Below, one piece after another: positions 48,795-59,179 of a DNA stretch of 64,000 nucleotides (positions within the stretch are counted from its first letter, which is position 1; each line of letters opens with the position of its first letter). The notes under the pieces were generated by a model. It was not told the DNA's origin, made no database searches, and was given only the letters and a program-made list of their open reading frames with translations. Both the position numbers and the translations under genes were made by a program. This stretch comes from an uncultured Candidatus Binatia bacterium (lineage in GTDB: Bacteria > Desulfobacterota > Binatia > UBA9968 > JAJDTQ01): contig OZ243916.1 in NCBI GenBank assembly GCA_965213675.1, positions 640,001 to 704,000 of the forward strand. Direction: 5' to 3'.

Positions 48795-49298
48795 ATGGAC
48801 GCCGATGCCAAGAAAACCGCTTTGCGCATGATTCCCTATGGACTGTACATTCTGACCGGCGAGGCCAGTGACGGCCGGGTGGCCGCGGCCACGGTGAACT
48901 GGGTGACCCAGGCGTCTTTTGCGCCGCCGCTGGTGGTGGTGGGCGTGAAGGCGGACTCGGGTGCTCACGACATCATCAAGGAGTCCGGCAACTTTGCCCT
49001 GAACGTTCTGGGCAAGGGACAGCAGGGCCAAGCCTTTACTTTCTTCAAATCGCTGGAACGGGAAGGGAACACCATCGGCGGCCAGGAGTTCGCCGCTGGC
49101 GCCACCGGGGCTCCGGTGCTGTCCGGCGCGCCTGCCTTCGTCGAGTGCAAGCTCGTGGAGACGGTGGAGAAGGGCGACCACTCCATCTTTGTCGGAGAAG
49201 TGGTGGAGGCCGGTGTCCGGGCCGAGATCTCCGGCCGCGCCGATGACGCCACCCTTCTGCTCAAGGACCTGGGCGACTCGGTCTTCTACGGCGGCTGA
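48795..49298 (+). CDS. Flavin reductase family protein
   Basis: ALRMIPYGLYILT, WVTQASFAPP, GDHSIFVGEV; AAGGAGG RBS. Confidence 0.9.
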   Translation: MDADAKKTALRMIPYGLYILTGEASDGRVAAATVNWVTQASFAPPLVVVGVKADSGAHDIIKESGNFALNVLGKGQQGQAFTFFKSLEREGNTIGGQEFAAGATGAPVLSGAPAFVECKLVETVEKGDHSIFVGEVVEAGVRAEISGRADDATLLLKDLGDSVFYGG

Positions 49299-49348
49299 TA
49301 CACGGTCCCTGGAGCGCGGGGCGGCGTGCGCTCCAGGGGCGGCAAGCC

Positions 49349-50776
49349 ATGACAAACGCAACGCTCGTCCGCCGTTTGCGGAATATCGTGGGCGACGACG
49401 GCGTGGTCTCCCACGCCACGGAGTTGAGCGTCTACGACTGCGACGGCTACACGCTGGAGAAGTCCGCCCCGGAGATCGTGGCGCTGCCGCGCTCCACCGG
49501 GGAAACGGCCGCGGTGCTGAAGCTCCTTCACGCCGAAGGCGTGCCGTTCGTGCCCCGGGGCACGGGCACGGGTCTGAGCGGCGGCTGCCTCCCCCTGGGC
49601 GCGCCGGTGATGGTGAGCCTCACTCGCATGAACCGGATCCTGGAGCTGGATCCCGCCAATCGGCGCGCGGTGGTGGAGAGCGGCGTGATCAACGCTTGGG
49701 TGACCCGGGCAGCCGCGCCCCATGGCCTCTACTACGCGCCGGACCCGTCGAGCCAGATGGCCTGTTCCATCGGCGGCAACGTGGCAGAGAACTCCGGTGG
49801 CCCCCACACCCTGAAATACGGCGTCACCACCAACCACGTGCTGGGCGTCACTCTGGTGCTGCCGGACGGCGAGGTGGTGCGTCTCGGCGGCCTGACGGAG
49901 GACCCGCCGGGGTACGATCTGCTGGGCGTCACCGTGGGCTCGGAGGGCACCTTCGGCATCGTCACCGAGGCGGTGCTCAGGCTGTGCCCGCGGCCCCAGG
50001 CGTACAAGACGCTGCTGGCGGTGTTCGATTCCGTGGCGGACGGCAGCGCCGCGGTTTCCGGCATCGTCGCCAGCGGCATCGTTCCCGCCGCCCTGGAGAT
50101 GCTCGACCGTCTCATTATCCAGGCGGTGGAAGACGCGTTTCATTTCGGTTTCCCGCGGGAAGCCGGGGCGGTGCTGATTGCGGAACTGGATGGACTCGAG
50201 GCCGGACTCGAGGCAGCCGCGGCGAGGATTCGCGAGGTCTGTCAGCGTCACGGCGCCACTGAAATACGGGTGGCCCGGGACGACCGCGAGCGGGAAGCCT
50301 TGTGGAAGTGCCGCAAGCGGGCGTTCGGCGCCCTCGGGCGTCTGGCGCCCAACTATTGTTGTCAGGACGGAGTGGTGCCGCCAACGCGGCTGCCCGAGAT
50401 CATGGAACGGATCGCGGCCATCGGCGACGCCTACGATCTTCGCATTGGCAACGTCTTCCACGCCGGCGACGGCAACATCCACCCGATTCTTCTCTACGAC
50501 GAGCGCGACCCGGATCAGACAGCGAGGGTGGTGGCCGCCGGCCGCGAGATTCTCCGGGAGTGCGTGGCGCTCGGCGGCAGCCTCACCGGCGAACACGGCA
50601 TCGGCGTGGAGAAGGTGGCGCTGATGCCGTTGATCTTCACTCGCGACGACCTGAACCTCATGGAGCAGGTCCGTTCGGTGTTCGATGCCGGGGACCGCTG
50701 CAATCCCAACAAGATATTCCCGTCCGCGGAACGCCACGTGGAGGTGCGCGCGCCGCGGCGTCAGGCCGCCATGTAG
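49349..50776 (+). CDS. glcD: Glycolate oxidase subunit GlcD-like FAD-linked oxidase
   Basis: PRGTGTGLSGG, APDPSS, GGNVAENSGG, FHAGDGNIHP, GEHGIG. Confidence 0.9.
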   Translation: MTNATLVRRLRNIVGDDGVVSHATELSVYDCDGYTLEKSAPEIVALPRSTGETAAVLKLLHAEGVPFVPRGTGTGLSGGCLPLGAPVMVSLTRMNRILELDPANRRAVVESGVINAWVTRAAAPHGLYYAPDPSSQMACSIGGNVAENSGGPHTLKYGVTTNHVLGVTLVLPDGEVVRLGGLTEDPPGYDLLGVTVGSEGTFGIVTEAVLRLCPRPQAYKTLLAVFDSVADGSAAVSGIVASGIVPAALEMLDRLIIQAVEDAFHFGFPREAGAVLIAELDGLEAGLEAAAARIREVCQRHGATEIRVARDDREREALWKCRKRAFGALGRLAPNYCCQDGVVPPTRLPEIMERIAAIGDAYDLRIGNVFHAGDGNIHPILLYDERDPDQTARVVAAGREILRECVALGGSLTGEHGIGVEKVALMPLIFTRDDLNLMEQVRSVFDAGDRCNPNKIFPSAERHVEVRAPRRQAAM

Positions 50777-50842
50777 GAGGCGTCGCGCGGATTCGCGGGA
50801 CACGCCACTGAATCGTTCACGACGATACCCGCGAGGTCAGCC

Positions 50843-52180
50843 TTGGCAAACCATGCAACCGATCACGTCGCGCCCGCGCCGGACTGGGCCGGGTTCGACG
50901 CCGACCTGCGGCAGTGGCCCGACGTTCCAGCCGGTGCGGCGGCCGCCGCGCGGTTCACCATCGGAGGCGTGCGCCCCGAGCGGGTGCTCCGCCCGGTGTC
51001 GGAAGCTCAGGTCTGCCGGATCATGGAGATCGCATCGGCCCGCGGGGTGGCGGTGGCGCCCGCGGGACTGGGCGCGCGCCTGGGATCGGGGACGCCGCCA
51101 CGGCGGCCCTTTGCCGTGGTCTCCTTGAGTTCGCTGAACGCTTGGGTGGATCATCAGCCCGCCAACATGACCCTCACGGCCCAGGCCGGGATGACCCTCG
51201 CGGACCTCCAGGCGGCGGCTGCCCGTGGCGGACAATGGCTGCCCGTGGATCCGCCCCTGCCCGCGGCTACCAGCGTGGGCGGTCTGATCGCCGCCAATCC
51301 GAGCGGACCGCTGCGCTATTCGCAAGGCACCGTCCGGGATCTCCTCATCGGCATCACGGTGGTGCGCGCGGACGGGACGCGGGTCAAGAGCGGCGGCAGG
51401 GTGGTCAAGAACGTGGCGGGCTACGATTTGGGGAAGCTCTACTGCGGCTCCATGGGCACGCTGGGCGTCGTGGTGGAAGCCACCTTCAAGGTGCGCGCCC
51501 TGCCGGAGGCCACCGCGGCGGCGCGCATGACCTGCGGCGGCGCGGCGCGGGCGCGAGCGTTGTTGGAACGCATCCTGGCGCCACCGCTGGAACCCGCATT
51601 CGTGGAATTGACGGCGCGCGTTCCCGGAGCCGCCTCGGAGTGTGTGCTCGTGGTGGGATTCGCCGGCTCCCGGGACGACGTGGCCTTCCAGGCGGACACG
51701 CTGAAGTCCTGGGTCGCAGCGGACTGCCGGCTGGAGACCCTGGCGGACGCGGAGAGGGAGTCCGTCCTGGCGGAGTTGCGGGACGCCCGCGCCGCCGCAG
51801 GCGCGGTCTGCGTTCTCAAGGTGAGCGTGCTCCCGGCCCGTCTCACGGACTTCATCCATGTGCTGGAAGACGAGAGCCGGAGCAGCCGCCTGGCCCTGGC
51901 CGTTCAGGCCCATGCCGGCAACGGCATCGTTCACGTCCGCGTGTCCCGGCCGGAGGGACGTGACCCGCGGGAGCCGGTGCGGCGCGCGGTGGAGCGCTTG
52001 CGCGGTCAGGCTGCGGCGCTGGGCGGCACACTGGTGGTGGAGCAGGCCGACCCCGAGGTCAGACCGGCGCTGGACCTGTGGGGCGGCGGCATCGAGGGCC
52101 TGGCGCTGATGCGGCGCGTCAAGGAGACCCTGGACCCCGGCGGCGTGTTGTCGCCCGGGTGCTTCGTGGGCGGGATCTGA
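50843..52180 (+). CDS. glcE: Glycolate oxidase subunit GlcE-like FAD-binding protein
   Basis: GGRVVKNVAGYDL, LDPGGVLSPG; located between glcD and glcF. Confidence 0.88.
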   Translation: MANHATDHVAPAPDWAGFDADLRQWPDVPAGAAAAARFTIGGVRPERVLRPVSEAQVCRIMEIASARGVAVAPAGLGARLGSGTPPRRPFAVVSLSSLNAWVDHQPANMTLTAQAGMTLADLQAAAARGGQWLPVDPPLPAATSVGGLIAANPSGPLRYSQGTVRDLLIGITVVRADGTRVKSGGRVVKNVAGYDLGKLYCGSMGTLGVVVEATFKVRALPEATAAARMTCGGAARARALLERILAPPLEPAFVELTARVPGAASECVLVVGFAGSRDDVAFQADTLKSWVAADCRLETLADAERESVLAELRDARAAAGAVCVLKVSVLPARLTDFIHVLEDESRSSRLALAVQAHAGNGIVHVRVSRPEGRDPREPVRRAVERLRGQAAALGGTLVVEQADPEVRPALDLWGGGIEGLALMRRVKETLDPGGVLSPGCFVGGI

Positions 52181-52257
52181 GGCACGGACGCGGCATCGCC
52201 GGACGGAAAGTTCCGAACGGAGGACCGGGGACAAGAGCATGCCTGACCGGTTGAATC

Positions 52258-53532
52258 ATGAGTGACCGGATCGCCGACTTTGAAAGCTCGGGGAACTGCG
52301 TCCATTGCGGGCTGTGCATCGGGTCGTGCCCGACCTTCCTGGAACTCGGGACGGAGATGGACTCGCCGCGGGGGCGCATCCAGCTCATGCGTTCCCTGGA
52401 CGAAGGGAAGGTGGCGCTGGACGATACCAGCGTGCGGCACCTGGATCTCTGTCTTGGCTGCCGCGCGTGCGAGACCACCTGTCCATCGGGCGTGCGTTAC
52501 GGCGCGCTGATCGAGGGCGCCCGCGCCTTCGTGGAAACCCGCCATCGCCGCTCCTGGTGGGATCGGGCGAAGCGCGGGTTGATGAACCGGGCCTTCCCCA
52601 GTCCCTCCGTCATGAGGATGTTCGGGTGGGCGGCGCGCTGGATGGCGCGGCTGGGGCTTCCGCGTCTGGCCCGGACGGCGTGGTTGCCGGCGTCCGTGCG
52701 CCGGCCGCTGCGCTATCTGCCGGGTCCGGAGGCGCCTTTCCGCTCTGTGACCCTTCCCGAGGTAGTTGTGCCCAGCGGTCCCACGCGCCGCCGCGTCGGC
52801 CTTCTGGCCGGATGCGTCATGCAGAGCCTGTTCGGCCATACGCATTCCAGCACGGTGCGACTCTTGACGGAGCACGGTTGCGAGGTCCGGGTTCCCAAGG
52901 GCGCCGGTTGCTGCGGCGCGTTGCTGCTGCACAATGGCGACAAGGAGCGCGGTCTGGCGCTGGCGCGCCGCACCATCGATGCCTTCGATGCCTTGGACGT
53001 GGACGCCGTGCTGACCAACGCGGCCGGTTGCGGCGCGGCCATCCGCGAGTATGCCGCGCATTTCGGCAAGGATCCCGCATATCGGGCCGGCGCCGAACGT
53101 GTTGCCGCCAAGGTGCGGGATGTGACAGAGTTCCTTCACGGTCTGCCTGAGTTCGCGGCCAGAAGGAGTGTGCACGTCAAGGTGGCCTATCATGACGCGT
53201 GCCACCTGTTGAACGGGCAGGGCGTGGGGGCGCAGCCGCGTGAGCTGCTCAAGAACATTCCTGGTGTCGAGTGGGTGGATCTCCACGAGGCCGAGGTATG
53301 TTGCGGCAGTGCGGGGACTTACAATCTCACGGAACCGGAGTTGGCCGGGCGGTTGGCTGCGCGAAAGGCCAGAAATGTGATGGAGACCGGAGCGGACGTG
53401 CTGGTGACCGGCAATCCCGGGTGCATCCTCCAGATTCAGGCGGCGCTCCGGGACCAGGGGTCGTCCATCCGCGTGATGCACACGGCCGACATTCTGGCTC
53501 AAGCCTACACCCGTGTCCTGTCTCACGAATAG
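52258..53532 (+). CDS. glcF: Glycolate oxidase iron-sulfur subunit GlcF
   Basis: CVHCGLCIGSCP, DSPRGR, CLGCRACETTCPSGV, two CCG domains. Confidence 0.92.
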   Translation: MSDRIADFESSGNCVHCGLCIGSCPTFLELGTEMDSPRGRIQLMRSLDEGKVALDDTSVRHLDLCLGCRACETTCPSGVRYGALIEGARAFVETRHRRSWWDRAKRGLMNRAFPSPSVMRMFGWAARWMARLGLPRLARTAWLPASVRRPLRYLPGPEAPFRSVTLPEVVVPSGPTRRRVGLLAGCVMQSLFGHTHSSTVRLLTEHGCEVRVPKGAGCCGALLLHNGDKERGLALARRTIDAFDALDVDAVLTNAAGCGAAIREYAAHFGKDPAYRAGAERVAAKVRDVTEFLHGLPEFAARRSVHVKVAYHDACHLLNGQGVGAQPRELLKNIPGVEWVDLHEAEVCCGSAGTYNLTEPELAGRLAARKARNVMETGADVLVTGNPGCILQIQAALRDQGSSIRVMHTADILAQAYTRVLSHE

Positions 53533-53723
53533 CGTGGTGACTCTGCGAGGCATTTCCGACCGCCGACGGCGTGGATCATCCTCGCGCGTGACCGCCACGG
53601 CGCGTCAGCGCGCCCTGCCGGCAGCGGAAATCCCCGCGCATCGTCTTGACGCTGTTTGCAAGAGAGGACACGCACGGCGAGGCGGCGCAGCATTCAGCCG
53701 GCACACCCGAAACGGAGGATCCC

Positions 53724-54860
53724 ATGAGAGATGGCATTCGCATACTCGACAGCGACATGCACGTGTTCGAGCCCCACGATCTCTACCTGACCTACATGAA
53801 TCCCAAGTGGGGCGACCGCATCCCGCGCGGCGAAGTGCGGCGAAAGCGTGAGGACAAGGGACTGACGCTGCACGGTATGACGCGCTACGTGTTGGGCGAC
53901 GGCACGCCGATACGCACCCCGGGGAAGGTGGTGAAGTTCCACGAGCAACGCCAGAAGGACGCCTACATCAAACCCGCGAGCCAGAACTACAACAACGTCT
54001 CGCAGGTCGAGGCCATGGATGAGGAAGGGCTGGACGTGGCGGTGCAGTTTCGTACCTCGCCGCTGCATACCAACGAGGACTTCGAGCCGGAGTACGCCAA
54101 CGACCTGTGCAAGGCCTGGAACGACTGGATGCACGATTTCTGCAGCGTCGATACGTCGCGCCTCAAGGGTTCGGCGCTGATCACGCTGCACGACGTGGAC
54201 CTCGCGGTTGAAGAAGCAAGGCGGTCGGTGAAGGAACTGGGCGCCATCGGGTTGTCGCTGTGTCCGGAGCCCATCAACGGACGCCATATCCACGACCGGT
54301 GTTTCGACCCGTTGTGGGCGGAGGCCGTCGACCTCGACGTGCCCATCTGCTTCCATCCGCCGGCCCGGCCCAACCAGATTCAGGTGTCGCGGCGCTTCGA
54401 GGGTCATCCCAACGAGGAACTGCTGGTGAATCCCCTGCGCAACCCGGTGGAGCTGATCCTGGCCGTCAGCGCGTTCTGCGCCGGCGGCGTGCTGGAGAAG
54501 TTCCCCAAGCTGCGGGTCGCTTTCCTGGAAGGCAACTGTAGCTGGCTGCCGTGGCTGATGTACCGCCTGGACGAGTACTGCGAACTTCAGGGGGCCATGG
54601 CGGACATCCCGTTGCGCAAAAAACCCAGCGAGTACTTTCGAGAGCAGTGCTTCATCTCGGCGGACGTGGACGAAGCGCTGGTGGTGCAAGTCATCGACAC
54701 CATGGGAGACGACAACATCGTCTTCTCCACGGACTACCCGCACATCGATTCGCGCTGGCCGGAGGCCGTCTCCACCTTCACGTCCATCCCCGGGCTGAAG
54801 AAGGAATCCCTGGAGAAGATCCTCTGGAGTAATTGCGCGCGGCTGTATGGCTTGGAGTAG
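53724..54860 (+). CDS. Amidohydrolase_2 family protein (6 of 9)
   Basis: LDSDMH, ICFHP, FLEGNCSW, FSTDYPH; GGAGG RBS. Confidence 0.9.
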   Translation: MRDGIRILDSDMHVFEPHDLYLTYMNPKWGDRIPRGEVRRKREDKGLTLHGMTRYVLGDGTPIRTPGKVVKFHEQRQKDAYIKPASQNYNNVSQVEAMDEEGLDVAVQFRTSPLHTNEDFEPEYANDLCKAWNDWMHDFCSVDTSRLKGSALITLHDVDLAVEEARRSVKELGAIGLSLCPEPINGRHIHDRCFDPLWAEAVDLDVPICFHPPARPNQIQVSRRFEGHPNEELLVNPLRNPVELILAVSAFCAGGVLEKFPKLRVAFLEGNCSWLPWLMYRLDEYCELQGAMADIPLRKKPSEYFREQCFISADVDEALVVQVIDTMGDDNIVFSTDYPHIDSRWPEAVSTFTSIPGLKKESLEKILWSNCARLYGLE

Positions 54861-54976
54861 GCGCCGGGGTGTGCGGCCTCGGCTCAGGAGTCTGTCGGTT
54901 TTCCCGGGAACCTGCTGCGAAGCAAGGCGTTGGGGCCATTCCATGAACCCGGCAGGCTCTCCGGCGAAAGGATGAT

Positions 54977-56368
54977 GTGACACGAATGAGTTGGCAGGGG
55001 ACACTTTGGCATCCTCCCGCGGAAGTCTCGCGGGACCAATGCCTGACGGACTCCCGCGAAGTGCTGGCGATGCCGGACATTCCGCTCAGGGAGTATGAGG
55101 ATCTGGTGCGCATCCAGGCGGTGGGGCTGGAGTGGGACATCGGCGCGCAAATCTACGAGCCTGAAGACCCGGACAGGATCGTCGTGGGCGCGGACGGCAG
55201 GAAGGCCGGGGCCTATCTGCTCTCCGGCGGCGACGGCGACTTCAAGACCATGGCGCCGGTGGCGCGTCTTCTGGCCGGGAAGTTCGGTTTCAAGGTCGCC
55301 ACCATGACCTATCCCGGCCGGCTCTGTCTGGACGATCCGTCGCGCAACTGGCCGGGGGACACTATCAATCCGGACGGCTCCATCCGCACCCCCATCTGGC
55401 TCACCGGCGAGAAAATCACCCCGGACCAGTACGAGGTGGTGAAGGACCGCTCGCTGCGCGAACGCTACGGCACCCGCACCGTGCTCCACGCCAAGCCCGG
55501 GACGAATTTCTGGTACCGCATGGCCGCATGGCCCGCGGCCTTTGAGGAAGGAGGCAGGCAGGTGATGTCGCGGAACCTGCCGGACGGCGAGTATTCCATC
55601 TACGTGCATGGCCACTCCACCGGCGGCCCGTTCGTGTTCATGCTGTCCCAGAGGGTGCCCAACGTTGCCGGGGTCATGGCGGTGGAGAACTCGTCCTTCG
55701 GCTACATCAACCAGGCCAAGCTCGCGCTCCAGGGTTCCCTGGGCGCCATCGGCAACTACGAACGACGGGTGACCGAGACCAGCCGGGTGGACCCGTTCTA
55801 CGAGTTGTACATACGCACTTGGCGCGACAAGGCGCGCTACATCGGCCCGGAGAAGCTGGGCCAGGATGGCCCCGTGGCGCTCATGCGCCTGCCGCTGGTC
55901 ATCGAGGAAGTGATGGAGGCTTGGGAAGCGGCCCGGAACGAGCCCCAGTTCAAGTGCGAGTACGTCGTCAGCATGAACATCGAGGCGTCGCTGGAAGCGG
56001 GCGCGCGGGTCACCGCGGAACGGTTGGGTGTGGACGAGGACGGCGCCGAAGCGTTGGTGCGCCAGTACCTGGGTTATGGGCGTGAGCTCAAGGGAGGCGG
56101 CGTGAAACCGGTTCCGCCCGTTCTCTTCTGCGTCACCAAGGACAGCCGCGACCACTCCGCCGGCTCGTATCGCGACTTGGTAATGCCCATGTTCGCGCGC
56201 ATGGAGCCGGCCCCCAAGACCGCGCTGATGCACTTCCAGGCCGGCGTTCATTCCTACTGGACGCCCGAGACGGATCTGCCCCTCGGCGTGGCGCCCGGCG
56301 TCGCCAAGACGTGGCACGAGGCTATCACCGGCGGGTACTTCCTTTCGGAGAACGGAGCGGTTGGGTGA
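54977..56368 (+). CDS. Hypothetical protein with an alpha/beta-hydrolase-like nucleophile motif
   Basis: 463-aa ORF with typical codon usage; VHGHSTGG (GxSxG); candidate Asp (KDSRDH) and His (GVHSY). Confidence 0.65.
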   Translation: MTRMSWQGTLWHPPAEVSRDQCLTDSREVLAMPDIPLREYEDLVRIQAVGLEWDIGAQIYEPEDPDRIVVGADGRKAGAYLLSGGDGDFKTMAPVARLLAGKFGFKVATMTYPGRLCLDDPSRNWPGDTINPDGSIRTPIWLTGEKITPDQYEVVKDRSLRERYGTRTVLHAKPGTNFWYRMAAWPAAFEEGGRQVMSRNLPDGEYSIYVHGHSTGGPFVFMLSQRVPNVAGVMAVENSSFGYINQAKLALQGSLGAIGNYERRVTETSRVDPFYELYIRTWRDKARYIGPEKLGQDGPVALMRLPLVIEEVMEAWEAARNEPQFKCEYVVSMNIEASLEAGARVTAERLGVDEDGAEALVRQYLGYGRELKGGGVKPVPPVLFCVTKDSRDHSAGSYRDLVMPMFARMEPAPKTALMHFQAGVHSYWTPETDLPLGVAPGVAKTWHEAITGGYFLSENGAVG

Positions 56369-56443
56369 CGACGGGAACCGGGAAACGGGCGTACAACCAA
56401 CGGGTGCGATGGAGGCAGGAAAGAGTGGTCGGGTCGGCGCGCG

Positions 56444-56996
56444 CTACAGGAACTTGACGAGGGCGACGACCAGGCTGCCCTGAGCGATCAATGCGCCGAA
56501 CAGCCATTTCACAAGGTCGGCCTTCACGGCCTCGATCTTGGCCTCAACGTTGGCGATGGCGGCTTTGGTCTCCAGCCGCAGGGCGTTGATATCGGCCCTG
56601 GTTTCCTGTCGCAGAGATATCGGCTTTGGTTTCCTGTCGCAGGGCGTCGATATCGGCTTTGGTTTCCTGTCGCAGGGCGTCGATTCCGGCTTTGGTTTCC
56701 TGTCGCAGGGCGTCGATATCGGCCTTGGTTTCCTGTCGCAGGGCGTCGATTCCGGCCTTGGTTTCCTGTCGCAGGGCATCGATTCCGGCCTTGGTTTCCT
56801 GTCGCAGGGCGTCTATATCGGCGTTGATGGCCGCGAGATCGGCCTTGATGGCCGCGATGTCGGCTTTGGTGGCAAGATTGGTGTTGAGCAGAGCGACCTG
56901 CTCTTCGGCGAGGGTTTCGGCCTGCTTCTCGGTGAAGCCGCTCTCGGTCAGGCGCTTGACGAAGCGATGAGTGTCGAAGGCAATGGCCTCAGGCAT
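56444..56996 (-). pseudogene. DUF1640/CCDC90-like coiled-coil membrane-anchored protein, frameshifted within a 33-bp repeat
   Basis: N-terminus FDTHRFVKRLTESGFTEKQAE...LATKAD is in one frame; the C-terminal anchor LVKWLFGALIAQG...VKFL is in another; one repeat unit is 28 instead of 33 bp. Confidence 0.8.
56600..56822 (-). repeat. 33-bp coding tandem repeat (11-aa A(D/G)IDALRQETK)
   Basis: GGTTTCCTGTCGCAG at 56600, 56628, 56661, 56694, 56727, 56760 and 56793. Confidence 0.95.
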
Positions 56997-57066
56997 GGAA
57001 TGATCCTATCAGCCTTTCTGGTACCGCACAAGAAAATACAAGGCACGATGAACAAGGAGCAGGAAC

Positions 57067-58182
57067 ATGGCGAGGAACGGAAATCGGGTATTCGACAGCG
57101 ACATGCATGTCTATGACGCTCAGGATCTGTACGAGAAATACATGAACCCCAAGTGGGGCGACCGGATCCCTGTCGGAAAGGCGCGCACCAAGCACGGCCG
57201 CATCGAGTTCAGCTTGGGTAATGGGGAGGTGTTGCGGCCGCGGGAGAAGCTCCTGGAGCACGGCGAGGACAACGTGGCGAACCGTTACGGCTACGCGCTG
57301 GAGCACGGATACGATGCGCCGTCGCAAGTAGTGGCCATGGACAACGAGGGACTCGATGTGGCGGTGATGTTTCGCACTTCGCCGCTCCATTGTGACGACA
57401 GCTTCGAGCCGGAATACGCCAACGACCTGTGCCGGGCATGGAACGATTGGATCGCGGACTTCTGCGGCGAGCGGCCGGAGCGCATGAAGGCGTCGGGGCT
57501 GCTGACGCTGCACGATGTGGACATGGCCGTGGACGAGGCCAGGAGATCGGTGAGGGACTTGGGGGTGGTGGGGTTGTCGGTGTGTCCGGAACCGGTGAAC
57601 GGACGGCGCATCCACGACCGTTACTACGATCCCCTGTGGGCGGAGATCGACCGGCTGGGAGTGCCGTTGTGTTTCCACCCGCCCGCCAACCCCAAACAAC
57701 AGCAGGTGGCGCGGGAGTTCTACGGACACCCCAATTCCGGCGTCATCGCCATGGCGTTGCGCAATCCCATCGAATTGCAGCTCGCGGTATCGGCGTTCTG
57801 CGGCGGCGGCGTGCTGGAGAAGTTCCCGACTCTCAAGGTGGCGTTCCTCGAAGGCAATTGCGCCTGGCTGCCGTGGCTGCTGTACCGGCTGGACGAGAGG
57901 GCGGAGCTACACGGAGCCCTCACCGACGTGCCGCTGTCACGGAAGCCCAGCGAGTATTTCCTCGACCAGTGCTACATTTCGGTGGACGTGGACGAGTACC
58001 TCGTGACGGACGTCATCGGCCGGCTGGGGGATGACAACATCGTCATCTCCACCGACTACCCGCATATCGACGCCCACTACCCGCACGCCGTCGAGGAATT
58101 CATGGCAACGCCGGGCGTGAGCGAAAGCTCTCTCAAAAAGATCCTGTGGGACAACTGCGCGAGGCTGTACGGAGTTAGCTAG
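57067..58182 (+). CDS. Amidohydrolase_2 family protein (7 of 9)
   Basis: FDSDMH, LCFHP, FLEGNCAW, ISTDYPH; close paralog of 53724. Confidence 0.9.
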   Translation: MARNGNRVFDSDMHVYDAQDLYEKYMNPKWGDRIPVGKARTKHGRIEFSLGNGEVLRPREKLLEHGEDNVANRYGYALEHGYDAPSQVVAMDNEGLDVAVMFRTSPLHCDDSFEPEYANDLCRAWNDWIADFCGERPERMKASGLLTLHDVDMAVDEARRSVRDLGVVGLSVCPEPVNGRRIHDRYYDPLWAEIDRLGVPLCFHPPANPKQQQVAREFYGHPNSGVIAMALRNPIELQLAVSAFCGGGVLEKFPTLKVAFLEGNCAWLPWLLYRLDERAELHGALTDVPLSRKPSEYFLDQCYISVDVDEYLVTDVIGRLGDDNIVISTDYPHIDAHYPHAVEEFMATPGVSESSLKKILWDNCARLYGVS

Positions 58183-58206
58183 GAGCGTTCGACCAAAGGT
58201 TCGATA

Positions 58207-59151
58207 ATGACGACTCTGATCACCGGGAGCGGACTCATCGGCGCTTCGTTCGGGCAGTTTGCCGCCGAGCGCGGCGAGCGGCTCGTGTTCGTGGACTTCC
58301 AGCCTCGGGGTGACTACCTGAGGCAGAAGCTCGGCGGCGCGGACTTTGTCTCCCTTCAAGGAGACGTGTTGGACCTGCCGGCCCTCACGGGCATCATCAA
58401 GGCCCATGACGTCGATACGGTGCTGCACACGGCAGCCATCATCGCCGGCCGGGTGGCCCGGGAGGGTTACTGGGCCTTCAACGTCAACATTCAGGGCACC
58501 ATCAACGTCGCCGAGGCGGCGCGACTCGCGGGCGTCAGGCGAATCGTTCATGTGAGCACCCTCAGCGTCTACAACCGCGCTTTCGAGGGGCCGGACCCCG
58601 TTCCCGAGACCCTCCAGCGGGGCGACAGCACGGCGTACGGCAACTCCAAGAGCGTTCAGGAATTGCTGATGGAGGCCTATCAGAGGCTGTACGGCTTCGA
58701 ATTGATGGTGGTACGGCTGGCGCACGTATTCGGGCTGGGGCATTTTCTCGGCGGGGCCGAGAGCGGCGCCATCACGCATACGCTGCTCACCTGCGGCCGG
58801 GAAGGCGGCGTGGCGAGGGTCCCGCGGCGCCAAGCGAGGCCGCTGGAGCGCATCTATGCCAAGGACGTGGGCCGCGCGGTGGATCTCGCCGCCACCGTGC
58901 CGGCGCCGCCGGTGAACGTGTTCAACATCGGCACCGGTCTCGTGACGACCTTCGACGAGCTGGTGGAGGCGGCGCGGATCATCTATCCGGATCTGGAGGT
59001 GGAAGTCGTTCCAGACGGCACGCCGCACGTGGGGCCGAAGCAGCGCCTGGACATTTCAAGGGCGAAGGAACACCTTGGCTGGGAGCCCCGGTTCGACCTG
59101 GAGGCCGCGTTGCGCGACTACGTCCAGGATCTGGACGCGCTGCAGGAATAG
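58207..59151 (+). CDS. NAD-dependent epimerase/dehydratase (extended SDR)
   Basis: LITGSGLIG, HTAA, VNIQGT, YGNSK, FNIGTG. Confidence 0.88.
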   Translation: MTTLITGSGLIGASFGQFAAERGERLVFVDFQPRGDYLRQKLGGADFVSLQGDVLDLPALTGIIKAHDVDTVLHTAAIIAGRVAREGYWAFNVNIQGTINVAEAARLAGVRRIVHVSTLSVYNRAFEGPDPVPETLQRGDSTAYGNSKSVQELLMEAYQRLYGFELMVVRLAHVFGLGHFLGGAESGAITHTLLTCGREGGVARVPRRQARPLERIYAKDVGRAVDLAATVPAPPVNVFNIGTGLVTTFDELVEAARIIYPDLEVEVVPDGTPHVGPKQRLDISRAKEHLGWEPRFDLEAALRDYVQDLDALQE

Positions 59152-59179
59152 GCGTCGCCGCGCATCGCCAACCCAAGCG

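Noticed and set aside
56596-56630. Programmed ribosomal frameshift in the DUF1640-like gene
   Set aside because: No slippery heptamer at the junction; the shift is explained by a net 5-bp loss in one repeat unit.
56600-56822. 33-bp periodic repeat as a possible CRISPR array
   Set aside because: Units are contiguous with no unique spacers, encode an in-frame coiled coil, and no cas genes are present.
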